Source: Bacilli bacterium
GTDB lineage: Bacteria; Bacillota_I; Bacilli_A; ML615J-28; CAG-313
NCBI GenBank assembly: GCA_035362935.1
Contig: DAOSEC010000008.1
Coordinates: 12,823-76,822 of the forward strand
Direction: 5' to 3'
Length of the DNA stretch: 64,000 bases
Shown here: positions 18,780-28,515 of the stretch, piece by piece
Position numbering within the stretch: the first letter of the stretch is position 1
Layout of the letters: every line of letters starts with the position of its first letter
Position numbers and translations under genes: made by a program
The notes under the pieces: generated by a model
What the model was told of the DNA's origin: nothing
The model's database searches: none
Seen by the model: only the letters and a program-made list of their open reading frames with translations

Positions 18780-21557
18780 TTATTTCCAAGTATAAAGTCT
18801 AGCATCTGAGAAGTTTTGAGCATTCACAATCCATTGATCCCAATTGTTTGTTGCACTTGGTCCCATGAACTCTGGTTTTCTTATTAATGTTTTATCAAAT
18901 GTATATAATGATTCCCAAGCTGTTGAAGTACCTGATGCTGCGACATATGGTTCACCGAAGATACCAATAACATCAATCAAAGCACCATCTTTTAATAAAG
19001 TAACAACGTCTCCACCTTGACCATTGAATGCAATGGCTTCTTGTGTAGTTGAGTTATAAACGATAGAAATGACAGTGTGACCTGCTGCAGTAGCTTCTGC
19101 TAATCTTGCTAAAATTGCTGTGTCAGCTGCTTGTGAACTATGGAGAATTAATGACTTACCATGAGCTAATTCACCAGTTAATGCAACACCCCAGAATTTT
19201 GTTAAGTCAGTAACGCCTGTAATACCATTTGATTCTACAGCGGCATTATTAAATGATCCTAAACGATATCCTGTTAATGTAACAGTTGCACCTGTATTAT
19301 TGTAGATCGCGATTACTTTATTGTTAGATGAACCCTCAATATAGTAAGAAATAAACAAATCAGTTGCATATGTTGGAGCTTCTTCAGGAATAACAACGAT
19401 TGTTACAACTTGAGTTACAGCTTCTGCTGTTCCAACAGTGATTGTTGCTGTTAAAGTGATTGATTTGTTTTCTGTTACAGTTGCTAGAGTTCCTTCAGGT
19501 AATGTAATTAAACCTGCATTATCTCCACTTGCTGCCCAGCTAATTGTACCACCATAAACTGCGCTAGTTGTTGGTAATACAACTGTTGATCCCATATTGT
19601 ATTCTTTGTTATCAAATGCTGCTACTAACTCATCTTGAACTGCTTCTGCTTTTTCAGCATCAGTCATTTCAACTAAATTAATTTGATCTGGATGTCCAAG
19701 AGCGATTTGAGGTCCATTAAACCATCCAATGGTTGCTCCTTCAATTGTAACTTCATTACCAGCAGATAATGTTCCCATCTTAGTATTGATTTCGGTTAAG
19801 TTAGCTAATCTTGAATCTACTCTTAATGTAATGTCTGCAGTACCATTTGTTAATACTACGTTATACCCTGATGTAGAAACAGTAAATGCATCTTTAATAG
19901 TAAATCCGTAAAGATTAATTTTCTTAGCTTGTAGTGGAAGTAAAGTTGTTGCATCTACGGCTGTAATTGTTTCAGCAGCTACTACATTGTTTTGAGAAAT
20001 AACTGTTTTTGAAACAACAAATTCAATTTGATGTAATCCATTAAATGCGTTGTATTGTCCAACAACTTGAACTTTCGCACCAACTACATAATCAGCTACT
20101 GCATTTGCTAAGTCTGTTCCTGATAAACCATAATATACTACGATTCCACCAGTATTATCTTGGATATAAATATTACGTCCTACAACGTTTGTTACAACAC
20201 CTTCAACCATTACGAATGTTCCAACTGCTGTTGATTTTACCGCGTTGATTGTACTTAATTCAACTGGTTTAACCGTGATTGTTACTGTAACTTCTTCGCT
20301 TATTTCACCAACAGTAACGGTTGCTACTAAAGTAACATTTGTATCAGCAGATACGTTTCCTAATTTACCGTTTGTTAAGTTAATAACACTTGCGTTATCT
20401 CCTGTTGCTGCCCACGCGATTGTTGCGTTGAATGATGTGTTTTCTGTCGGAAGTGTTAATGTTGCACCAGATACACGGTTGATATTGTTAAATTGAGATG
20501 TTAACAATGTAGCAACTGCATCTGCTTTTTGTTGATCTGAAAGTTCTGGAGCATCAATTTCAACGATAGAACCTTCTGTTGGTGTATAATCTACTGACCA
20601 ACCAGGAATACGAGTATCATAGTAGTAAACTGAAATACGAATACGTACAAACTTATCGATAAATGCATTTAATCCTGATGCATTTGGATTTGCAGTTGTG
20701 TCTGGTTCATATGTTCTGTAATAAATTTGAATTTCTTTTGCTGTAAATGGATCTTGAATAAAGTAGTCTTTATTTGATCCTGATACTTTTTGGATTAGCT
20801 TACCTTCAACTACATTTAAGTCACCTTGAATAGCAGCACTTGTTGGTGCTTCACTTGCTATTGCATCGACTGTTTTTGGAGTTGGAGTCGGAAGTGTGTT
20901 TCCACTTGATACTTTAACAATACCAACTGTACCACCAATTTGAGGTGCTCCAAAATAAACAGCACGTTTACCAGTAACTCTTACTAAGTCACCTAGTGCA
21001 ACTGTAGTATGTGCTGCGAACACAAAGATTCCACCAGTTGAGTCAGAAATAAAGAATCCTGAGAATCCGCTGTTGAATTTTGCAAATACAACACCTTCAG
21101 TTTCCACATCCGCATTAAGAGCAGCTGCTTTCACTTCTGCAATTGTTTGTGTTGTTACATCTGGTAATGCTCTAACACGTACTGTAAATTCTTTCGTGTC
21201 AGTAATTGTCTTTGTTGTTTTTCCATCCATGTATTGAATGGTTAACGTTGCTGTAATTTTGACAGTTTTGTCTCCTTCAGCGAACACTGGTCTTGTAACA
21301 ACACCTGTATTAGAAATATATGCAGGGCTGTCAGTTTCCCAAGTAATGGTAACATCATGTCTTCCTTCTGCAAGGAATTCAATGTTGTTAACAATATTGC
21401 TCATATCAGCAATAATAAGTGATGTCTTTGCTTCTTCAAGTAATGCTCTTGCTTGTTCTTCTGCCGCTTTATCTGTACATGCAGTTAATGCGATTCCAAA
21501 GAAGAAAATAGCAACTAGACTAAACAATCTTTTCAGATTGAGTTTGGATAATACCAT
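18780..21557 (-). CDS. large surface lipoprotein: 3 Ig-like repeats, 2 OB-fold nucleic-acid-binding-like domains, C-terminal lamin-tail (LTD) domain
   Basis: 925 aa. Lipobox LTAC. Three repeats of T(I/S)WxxxGDNAxxIxL…xTATxTVG. Two segments of the form VxGVVTxVxxxxxYIQDxTGGIxVY (OB-fold, as in extracellular nuclease N-terminal domains). C-terminal YYIEGSSNNKVIAIYNNTGATVTLTGYRL is LTD-like. Strong GGAGG RBS. Confidence 0.7.
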   Translation of the reverse strand: MVLSKLNLKRLFSLVAIFFFGIALTACTDKAAEEQARALLEEAKTSLIIADMSNIVNNIEFLAEGRHDVTITWETDSPAYISNTGVVTRPVFAEGDKTVKITATLTIQYMDGKTTKTITDTKEFTVRVRALPDVTTQTIAEVKAAALNADVETEGVVFAKFNSGFSGFFISDSTGGIFVFAAHTTVALGDLVRVTGKRAVYFGAPQIGGTVGIVKVSSGNTLPTPTPKTVDAIASEAPTSAAIQGDLNVVEGKLIQKVSGSNKDYFIQDPFTAKEIQIYYRTYEPDTTANPNASGLNAFIDKFVRIRISVYYYDTRIPGWSVDYTPTEGSIVEIDAPELSDQQKADAVATLLTSQFNNINRVSGATLTLPTENTSFNATIAWAATGDNASVINLTNGKLGNVSADTNVTLVATVTVGEISEEVTVTITVKPVELSTINAVKSTAVGTFVMVEGVVTNVVGRNIYIQDNTGGIVVYYGLSGTDLANAVADYVVGAKVQVVGQYNAFNGLHQIEFVVSKTVISQNNVVAAETITAVDATTLLPLQAKKINLYGFTIKDAFTVSTSGYNVVLTNGTADITLRVDSRLANLTEINTKMGTLSAGNEVTIEGATIGWFNGPQIALGHPDQINLVEMTDAEKAEAVQDELVAAFDNKEYNMGSTVVLPTTSAVYGGTISWAASGDNAGLITLPEGTLATVTENKSITLTATITVGTAEAVTQVVTIVVIPEEAPTYATDLFISYYIEGSSNNKVIAIYNNTGATVTLTGYRLGSFNNAAVESNGITGVTDLTKFWGVALTGELAHGKSLILHSSQAADTAILARLAEATAAGHTVISIVYNSTTQEAIAFNGQGGDVVTLLKDGALIDVIGIFGEPYVAASGTSTAWESLYTFDKTLIRKPEFMGPSATNNWDQWIVNAQNFSDARLYTWK

Positions 21558-21599
21558 GTTTTTTTCCTCCTATATAACAATTCTAATTGTTATCAAAAA

Positions 21600-22844
21600 T
21601 TAGTTATGAAAAGTGATATCGTTAAACGATCCTAATAATAGTTGGTATTGACCACTATAAACCCCAATCGGAGCTACAATATCAATATTTTTCCCATTAA
21701 AGTATTCCCAAGTTCTTATTCTATTGTCTTGTGGTGCTGGTATGCTTAAATCGCGAATCGCAATATCAGAAGCAACACGCACTTCAATTGTATTGTTTTG
21801 TGAATCACGAATTCGGAACGTAAATGCATTGTTTGCAGAATCATATCCGCTATAAACAGTAACATTTTCTAATTTTACAAATCTTCCCGATATCGTTGGG
21901 TTTGTTGTGCGATTCAATTCACTAATTGTCATAACCGTTGGAACGACTTCATTTCCTGTTGATAAGACAGTAATTTTTGAATCACGAGTATCTGTAATTT
22001 GTGGTGCACCTGTTTCTTGATCTGGATGGTATACCATAGTTCCTTCGATACGAAGTTCAAACCCAACTACAAGTTTTTGTAATTGTGTAAATCCTGCGTA
22101 TACATAGATACCATAGCATCCGGTTTCTCCAGAACAATCTTCAACATATGCACTAAATCCTAAGACTCTAGTCACAATACCTACGACTGCAACTTTTTTA
22201 TTTGCATACTCGGCCTCGTTTGTTCTTAGTTCTTCAAGTGTGACTTGAGTCCCTTCAATTGAATAATTAAATCCAGGGTCTTGTTCTCCCCAAATGCGTT
22301 TTCCTTTGGTTTGAGTTCTCATATCCGCATTGAAGATAACTTCTGCGTATTTAGATCCACTCGCACCTTTTGAGGTTGTAAACGATTCTTCAATCAGTTC
22401 TAAATTTAACAACTTTCCATCAACCCATACCCATGCAAGGTATCTTGTTCCTGTAGAATCAAGAACTGGTTGATTTCCCTCTGCTTCTAATACGATTTTA
22501 GTCGCATTGTTTAATCGGTTAGCTGTATAATCTGAGGCTGCTTTTCCCCACGGGTCAATACGGTATGTTGATTCTGGGGTATCAATACCTAAGAATCTTA
22601 CACGGAATGGTTGACTGGTTGCTGTTTTGAACATTGCTGTATCACCATCTGCGACACTTACAAGTGTAACCTCACCAATACCATGTAAAAAGAAATCTTT
22701 CCCAGTATAATCTCTTTCAAGAGTTGTTCGATTGGTATAATAATGGATCTCCCATTCTTCTTCCCCTGGTTTATTATCACAAGCAGTTAAACTAAATGAG
22801 AATATACCTAGTAGAAGTAGAAGTATGAATTTTTTAAGTTTCAT
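21600..22844 (-). CDS. SNase-family (thermonuclease) surface lipoprotein with C-terminal extension
   Basis: 414 aa. Lipobox LTAC. SNase motifs VADGDTAMF…RFLGIDTPE…RYLAWVWVDGKLLNLELI. Confidence 0.8.
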   Translation of the reverse strand: MKLKKFILLLLLGIFSFSLTACDNKPGEEEWEIHYYTNRTTLERDYTGKDFFLHGIGEVTLVSVADGDTAMFKTATSQPFRVRFLGIDTPESTYRIDPWGKAASDYTANRLNNATKIVLEAEGNQPVLDSTGTRYLAWVWVDGKLLNLELIEESFTTSKGASGSKYAEVIFNADMRTQTKGKRIWGEQDPGFNYSIEGTQVTLEELRTNEAEYANKKVAVVGIVTRVLGFSAYVEDCSGETGCYGIYVYAGFTQLQKLVVGFELRIEGTMVYHPDQETGAPQITDTRDSKITVLSTGNEVVPTVMTISELNRTTNPTISGRFVKLENVTVYSGYDSANNAFTFRIRDSQNNTIEVRVASDIAIRDLSIPAPQDNRIRTWEYFNGKNIDIVAPIGVYSGQYQLLLGSFNDITFHN

Positions 22845-22847
22845 TGA

Positions 22848-24161
22848 TTACCAAACCAATTCGTTGATTGCATCAGCGTAAGCTTGATCGATAGTTTTTC
22901 CACCATATAGAACAGCTCTGATTAATGATTGTGATTCATCACGTGCAAGTGAAGATCCTGGGAATGCTGCTGATGTAAAGAACTTGTCTCTTTGTCCGTA
23001 ACCGATGGTAGCACTCTTAACAAAAATACTATCCGGATTTGCTAAGAATGTTGCATAAGTTGGATGAGTATATGCGCTTTCGCGTACTGGGAAGTATGCT
23101 GTTGATGCTGAGAAGTATGCTGTTTCTGCAGTTGAAGTTAAGAACTTAACAAACAACCAAGAAGCTAAGCGTTGATCATCTGTTGCATTAGAGAAAATAG
23201 TAACGTTTGTCCCTTGTTGAATAACAGCTGGAACTGCTCCTGCTCCATCATATTGAGGGATTGGTGCTACTCCTACTTCGAATGCAGTTGTATTATTGTG
23301 TTGTGCTCCTGCACTTGATCCAACAGTCATATAGATTGTTTCTGCTTTGAATACGTCAGATGCATAGTTTGCACCATCAAAATGAGTTGGTGTTGCAGCT
23401 AAGCGGTCTGTGTATAAATCTTTAAAATAAGTAACAGCTGCTTTTGATTGAGCGTTGTTAAATAAAATTTCTCCATTCACATTTGTGTATTGTCCGCCCC
23501 ATTGTTGTGTCAATGTAATGAAAAGGTTCGCTTCTGAATCGTATGCAAAACCTACTTTTCCGTTTAATGTTTTGATTTGTTGAGAAACGGTTCTAACCTC
23601 AGCCCAAGTTGTTGGAACTGTCAAAGAATTTTGATCAAAGAACGTTTTGTTATAAAACATTACTTCAGTTGATTTGTTAAATGGTAATGAATAATAGGTA
23701 CCCGCTTCATCATAGATGGTTCCTTCAGCTAAGAATGATGGAACAAAATCATCTAAATCCGCTTGTGTAAACCCATGAGTTGCATTTTCCATATATTTAT
23801 CTAAAGGTAATACTGCTCTACCTTGTAAATATACAGCCACATGGTCTGGATATGTTTGAGCAATGTTCGGCTCTGTTCCTGCAGAAATTGCTTTTGTAAT
23901 CTTGTCACGTAAGTCTGTGTATCCACCTTGTCCTGCTTGGATTACTGTAACATTTGGATAAATTACATTAAATCTGTCAATAATGTCTTGGATATATCCT
24001 TGGTTTGCTTGACCCATCGCATGCCAGAACGTGATGGTAATCGGGTCAGTTGTAAGTTGGTCTGGAATAACAATTTCGCGGTCTTTTAAATTTGTGTTTC
24101 CGCAACCTGCTACTACAAACATTGCAACTAGAACGACTAATAAACTTAACAGTTTTTTCAT
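22848..24161 (-). CDS. ABC transporter solute-binding lipoprotein, CUT1 (sugar-type, family 1)
   Basis: 437 aa. Lipobox VAGC. ITFWHAMG signature of family-1 solute-binding proteins. Confidence 0.85.
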   Translation of the reverse strand: MKKLLSLLVVLVAMFVVAGCGNTNLKDREIVIPDQLTTDPITITFWHAMGQANQGYIQDIIDRFNVIYPNVTVIQAGQGGYTDLRDKITKAISAGTEPNIAQTYPDHVAVYLQGRAVLPLDKYMENATHGFTQADLDDFVPSFLAEGTIYDEAGTYYSLPFNKSTEVMFYNKTFFDQNSLTVPTTWAEVRTVSQQIKTLNGKVGFAYDSEANLFITLTQQWGGQYTNVNGEILFNNAQSKAAVTYFKDLYTDRLAATPTHFDGANYASDVFKAETIYMTVGSSAGAQHNNTTAFEVGVAPIPQYDGAGAVPAVIQQGTNVTIFSNATDDQRLASWLFVKFLTSTAETAYFSASTAYFPVRESAYTHPTYATFLANPDSIFVKSATIGYGQRDKFFTSAAFPGSSLARDESQSLIRAVLYGGKTIDQAYADAINELVW

Positions 24162-24215
24162 ATACTTTTCAATCCTCCGTTTGTATATAAATCTATATTC
24201 ACTAAAAACTTAGTT

Positions 24216-25088
24216 TTAGCCTTTAATACCGCTTCTTGATACCCCTTGCATAATGTATTTACGCAAGAACAAGAATACGAGTAATAATGGAACTGTAACC
24301 ACTGTGGTTGCAGCCATTTGTAAATGAATTTGTGAACGACCTTGATCGTCAGTGAATGCTTTTCTCAATCCGTTTGTAATCAAACGCATCGAATCGCTAT
24401 CTGCTACTAGATTTGGCCAAATGTATGCATTCCATGAACCAATTAATTTTAGAATGGTAATTGATATAATGGTTGGCATTGCGATTGGAACCATAACACG
24501 TAGTAGATACTTGAAGTCTCCTGTGCCATCGACTTTCGCTGCTAAATATAATTCATTTGGTATTTGCTTGAAGTTTTGTCTTAATAAGTAGATATAAAAT
24601 ACACTGACAACGAATGGAATAATGAGGGCTTGATAGGTATCAATCCATCCCAATCTAGCAACTGTAATGTAGTTTGTAATAACCATCATTTCCCCTGGAA
24701 TCATCATCGTTGCTAAGAACAAAGTAAATAATATGTTTTTACCTTTGAACTCAAGTCGAGCAAACGCGAATGCTGCAAAAATTGTTGTAACAACGGTACC
24801 AACCGTAGAGACCACACCTACAAAAATTGTGTTGTAGATATATCGTGCAAAATCGGCTTGCATCATTGCATTTGGGAAATTTTGGAAATTTAATAATTGT
24901 GGGAATAGTGTAGGTGGAATCATTTCTGTTTCTGCTTGAGTTTTTAAAGCAGAGATAATCATCCAATAAAACGGAACGACAACGATAATTGCCATAATAC
25001 CTAAGAAACCATATACTAGAATATTTTTTAAAATTAATTCTACTTTATATGATTTTTCTAAATTTTTAACATTCATTTTTTCTGTCAT
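24216..25088 (-). CDS. ABC transporter permease (MalG-like)
   Basis: 290 aa, 6 TM. EAA-loop-like LAAKVDGTGDFKYLLRVMVP. Confidence 0.85.
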   Translation of the reverse strand: MTEKMNVKNLEKSYKVELILKNILVYGFLGIMAIIVVVPFYWMIISALKTQAETEMIPPTLFPQLLNFQNFPNAMMQADFARYIYNTIFVGVVSTVGTVVTTIFAAFAFARLEFKGKNILFTLFLATMMIPGEMMVITNYITVARLGWIDTYQALIIPFVVSVFYIYLLRQNFKQIPNELYLAAKVDGTGDFKYLLRVMVPIAMPTIISITILKLIGSWNAYIWPNLVADSDSMRLITNGLRKAFTDDQGRSQIHLQMAATTVVTVPLLLVFLFLRKYIMQGVSRSGIKG

Positions 25089-25098
25089 AGCGCACCTC

Positions 25099-26007
25099 CT
25101 AGTAATGTACCCGTTTTTTACTGATGTACAAGTTGATGAAGGTGAAGATCAAGATGATCACGAAGAGGAATAACGCAGCTGCGGCTGCCCATCCTGCCGA
25201 CCCTTCTCCAACACGGGGGTCACTCAAACTTCGATATAGGAACCATACTATGGTACCAATTCCTTTGTCGCGAATGCTAGTATCTAGTCCGAATAACGCA
25301 ACAACTGATGTATACTCTTTAAACGCTCCGATAAATGATGTTACAGCAACATAGGCAATCATTGGAGAAAGAAGAGGAACTGTAATTCTTGTGAATACTC
25401 GAACTCTTGGTGTTGAGTCGATTTGAGCTGCTTGATAATATTGTTTATCAATCCCTTGCAAACCACTTAAGAAAATTAGAATCTTAAACGGAAGTGCTTC
25501 CCACACGGAATAAATTAACAACACTGTCATTGCTCTACCCCAACCTGCTCCGTATCCTACCCAGTTAATTGCATTGTCAAGTCCTAACCAACCAATAATG
25601 GTATTGATAAGTCCATAACTTTGATTAAACATAACCGCAAATACCATCCCAATCGCGATTGTATTTGTAACGTATGGTAAGAAGAAAATAGTTTGGAATA
25701 CTTTTTGTAATGGCTTAATGGAGTTTAGTCCAACAGCGATTAACAACGATAACATTATAGATATTGGAACAGATACAAACACGATAAAGAATGTGTTGGA
25801 TACTGTTCTCCAGAATATTTGATTTCGGAATATGAAGGCAAAGTTACCAAATCCGAATTGAGTGAACTCACCTGTCATATAATTGTATTTTTCTTTAAAC
25901 GCGATTAGAATCGTATTAAAGAGGGGATAGAAGATAAATATTGCCATTAATATTAGAGCGGGTGCTAAATATAACCAGGCCTTGAGGTTGTTTTTACTCT
26001 CAACCAT
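25099..26007 (-). CDS. ABC transporter permease (MalF-like)
   Basis: 302 aa, 6 TM. EAA loop YQAAQIDSTPRVRVFTRITVP. Confidence 0.85.
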   Translation of the reverse strand: MVESKNNLKAWLYLAPALILMAIFIFYPLFNTILIAFKEKYNYMTGEFTQFGFGNFAFIFRNQIFWRTVSNTFFIVFVSVPISIMLSLLIAVGLNSIKPLQKVFQTIFFLPYVTNTIAIGMVFAVMFNQSYGLINTIIGWLGLDNAINWVGYGAGWGRAMTVLLIYSVWEALPFKILIFLSGLQGIDKQYYQAAQIDSTPRVRVFTRITVPLLSPMIAYVAVTSFIGAFKEYTSVVALFGLDTSIRDKGIGTIVWFLYRSLSDPRVGEGSAGWAAAAALFLFVIILIFTFINLYISKKRVHY

Positions 26008-27068
26008 TACTTCATTCGCTCCTCGGTTTCTTTGTTAAATACGAAGCATTTATTTGGACGAATGTTTACTTTGATTACCCCGCTATTTGGAACTTCTGTA
26101 TCGGCATCAACAATACCTCTTAATGTGTGACCATCAAAATTAGGATGTTTTGCGATAATCGAAATGTCACGTCCTAAATGTTCAATAGATGCAACTTCGA
26201 TTGAAAGTTTTCCGTCTTTTTTAACGTCAAATCCTTCAGGTCGAATTCCAATTGTTACATCTTGATCTTTTGCTTTAAACGGTAATATTGCTTCATCACC
26301 AATGTATAGTTGATTGTCTTTGATTGAACCATTGAATAGGTTGATCGGTGGCGTTCCTAAGAACTTTGCAACGAATAAATTATCAGGATCGTCATATACA
26401 TGTTGTGGTTGACCTGTTTGTTGCATTAATCCGAGTTTCATAACTACGATATTGTCAGAAATACTCATTGCTTCTTCTTGGTCATGTGTAACGAAGATGG
26501 TTGTGATTCCCGTTTCTTTTTGGATACGACGAATTTCTTCACGTGTTTGTAAACGAAGTCTCGCATCTAGGTTAGATAAGGGCTCATCAAGTAACAACAC
26601 TCTTGGTTCTTTTACGAGTGCTCTTGCGATTGCAACACGTTGTTGTTGACCACCGGATAACTGTTTTGGTTTTCTTCCCATTAGATTTCCAATACCAACT
26701 AAATCAGCGTAATATTGCGCCTTTTTTAATGCTTCATCTTTTGGCATTTTCATGTTTTCAAGTGGAAACAAAATGTTTTGCTTTACTGTCATATGAGGGT
26801 ATAACGCATAGTTTTGAAACACAAGACCAATTCCTCGTTTTTCTGGTGGTGTTTTTGTAACATCCTCATCCCCAAAGAAGATTTCTCCTTCTGTGGGTTG
26901 TAGTAAGCCAGCAATCATATAGAGTGTTGTTGATTTACCACAGCCAGAAGGACCGAGTAGACCAATTAGTTTTCCTGATGGAATGGTGATGTCTAAATTA
27001 TCTACAGCACGAACCTCTGCATCTTTTTCCGAAAAAATCTTGGTCAATTTTTTCAATGTAATTTCCAT
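26007..27068 (-). CDS. ABC transporter ATP-binding protein (MalK/UgpC-type with C-terminal TOBE domain)
   Basis: 353 aa. Walker A GPSGCGKST, signature LSGGQQQRVAIARAL, Walker B LLLDEPLSNLD. Confidence 0.9.
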   Translation of the reverse strand: MEITLKKLTKIFSEKDAEVRAVDNLDITIPSGKLIGLLGPSGCGKSTTLYMIAGLLQPTEGEIFFGDEDVTKTPPEKRGIGLVFQNYALYPHMTVKQNILFPLENMKMPKDEALKKAQYYADLVGIGNLMGRKPKQLSGGQQQRVAIARALVKEPRVLLLDEPLSNLDARLRLQTREEIRRIQKETGITTIFVTHDQEEAMSISDNIVVMKLGLMQQTGQPQHVYDDPDNLFVAKFLGTPPINLFNGSIKDNQLYIGDEAILPFKAKDQDVTIGIRPEGFDVKKDGKLSIEVASIEHLGRDISIIAKHPNFDGHTLRGIVDADTEVPNSGVIKVNIRPNKCFVFNKETEERMK

Positions 27069-27119
27069 ATAAATCCTCCAATACGTATTTTCTCAATACA
27101 TACATAAATTATGTAGCAT

Positions 27120-27132
27120 TGAAATCGTTTGC
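27120..27132. promoter_or_regulatory. cre-like (CcpA-box-like) element just downstream of the -10
   Basis: TGAAATCGTTTGC resembles the cre consensus TGWAANCGNTNWCA with 2-3 mismatches. Its position, overlapping the transcription start, is typical for repression. Confidence 0.25.
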
Positions 27133-27138
27133 TTAATA

Positions 27139-27167
27139 ATTATACCATATTTGACAATAACATGCAA
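27139..27167 (-). promoter_or_regulatory. promoter of the ABC/nuclease operon (TTGCAT-17 nt-TGgTATAAT, extended -10)
   Basis: Revcomp 27162-27167 is TTGCAT and revcomp 27139-27147 is TGGTATAAT. Confidence 0.45.
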
Positions 27168-27299
27168 AGGTAAAAACGATACATTTTCGAAATTTTACAT
27201 GAATTTTACCCACATATAAAACAAAAAAAACCACCTAAAAAGATGGTTTTTCACATTTTAATTTTAATTGCACGTTTGATACTTAAAAATTATTTCCTA

Positions 27300-27572
27300 C
27301 TATGGTTTAATGACAAAGAAGTATATTGCAGCCCCGATTCCACCAATAATAGCTAGCGTAACAAAAAACTTAATGAACTTTTTAATAATGACAAAGATTC
27401 CTAATACACTTAACAACCCTGCAGCAATCACGATTGCGGCTTGGAGATACGGTGCTAAGTTATTGAAAAAAGGCATAATTAAATTCATTAATTGGGTTCC
27501 CCATTGGTTCAGAGTACTTTGAACGGTACCCCATAGTTCAGAAAATGAAAATAAAAATTGCATTGATTTCAC
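27300..27572 (-). CDS. small membrane protein (2 TM)
   Basis: 90 aa. It occupies the slot downstream of recR where yaaL/bofA sit in Bacillus. Identity not established. Confidence 0.45.
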   Translation of the reverse strand: MKSMQFLFSFSELWGTVQSTLNQWGTQLMNLIMPFFNNLAPYLQAAIVIAAGLLSVLGIFVIIKKFIKFFVTLAIIGGIGAAIYFFVIKP

Positions 27573-27578
27573 CTCAAT

Positions 27579-28178
27579 TTAAAATTCTTTGCGTCCTTCA
27601 ATTGCTTTTTTCAAAGTAATCTCATCCGCATAATCTATATCGCCACCTGCTGGTAGCCCGTAACCAATCCGCGTTATTAATAGGTGATCTTTCTTTAGGA
27701 TTTTAGCCAAATAGGAAGCAGTTGTGTCTCCTAATGCTGTTAAGCTGGTTGCTAAAATGATTTCTTCAATCGGGTCTTTTGTAATACGTTCTTCTAGTGT
27801 TTTGATATTAATATCATCTGGACCTATTCCATCTAGCGGAGAAATGACACCATACAACACATGATATACGCCATTATATTGTTTGGTTTCCTCTAATATT
27901 ATAACATTCTTTGCTGATTCTACAACCATTATTTTATTTTTATTACGAGTGATGTCTCTACATATCGAGCAAATTTCTTGTTCTGTTAGCATACCACATA
28001 TCTTACACTTACGAATTTTAGTGGTTGACTCTGCTAAAGCTACTTGAAAATCAACAACATCTTGACTGCTGAATTTATCTATTGTGAAAAACGCCATCCT
28101 GCTTGCCGTTTTTGGACCAACTCCTGGATACTTTTGAAATGCCTCTATTAATTTTTGAAGCGATTTTAAATCATTCAA
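27579..28178 (-). CDS. recR: recombination protein RecR
   Basis: 199 aa. HhH plus C4 zinc finger (CKICGMLTEQEICSIC) plus Toprim. Confidence 0.9.
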   Translation of the reverse strand: MNDLKSLQKLIEAFQKYPGVGPKTASRMAFFTIDKFSSQDVVDFQVALAESTTKIRKCKICGMLTEQEICSICRDITRNKNKIMVVESAKNVIILEETKQYNGVYHVLYGVISPLDGIGPDDINIKTLEERITKDPIEEIILATSLTALGDTTASYLAKILKKDHLLITRIGYGLPAGGDIDYADEITLKKAIEGRKEF

Positions 28179-28187
28179 CGTCTGCTC

Positions 28188-28502
28188 CTAAAATAGATTT
28201 CCCATTCCGCCCAAGAATGATTGGAACTTCGCCATCTTAGTTTTGGTAAATTTATCGATCTCTGTATATGCTTGGCTGCATGCAGCGACAACCATTTCCC
28301 CCAACATTTCAAGATCTTCTGCTCCATCTACAGTAAAATCATCACTGACTTTAACGTTTTGTAATTGTTTGTTTCCAAGCATTTCAATTGTAACCACACC
28401 ACCAGCACTTGATGTGAATACCGTTTCTTCGATTTCTTTTTGTGTGCGCTCCATATCTTCTTGCATTTTTTTAAGTTGTCTTAACATAGCTTGTTGATTC
28501 AT
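28188..28502 (-). CDS. ybaB: nucleoid-associated protein YbaB/EbfC
   Basis: 104 aa. Conserved dnaX-ybaB-recR order. Confidence 0.9.
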   Translation of the reverse strand: MNQQAMLRQLKKMQEDMERTQKEIEETVFTSSAGGVVTIEMLGNKQLQNVKVSDDFTVDGAEDLEMLGEMVVAACSQAYTEIDKFTKTKMAKFQSFLGGMGNLF

Positions 28503-28515
28503 GTATCGGTACCTC

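Noticed and set aside
27300-27572. Calling the 90-aa two-TM protein downstream of recR 'BofA'.
   Set aside because: It is only a positional analogy with the Bacillus dnaX-yaaK-recR-yaaL-bofA block. The organism is evidently non-sporulating and the sequence shows no convincing BofA signature, so it is left as a small membrane protein.
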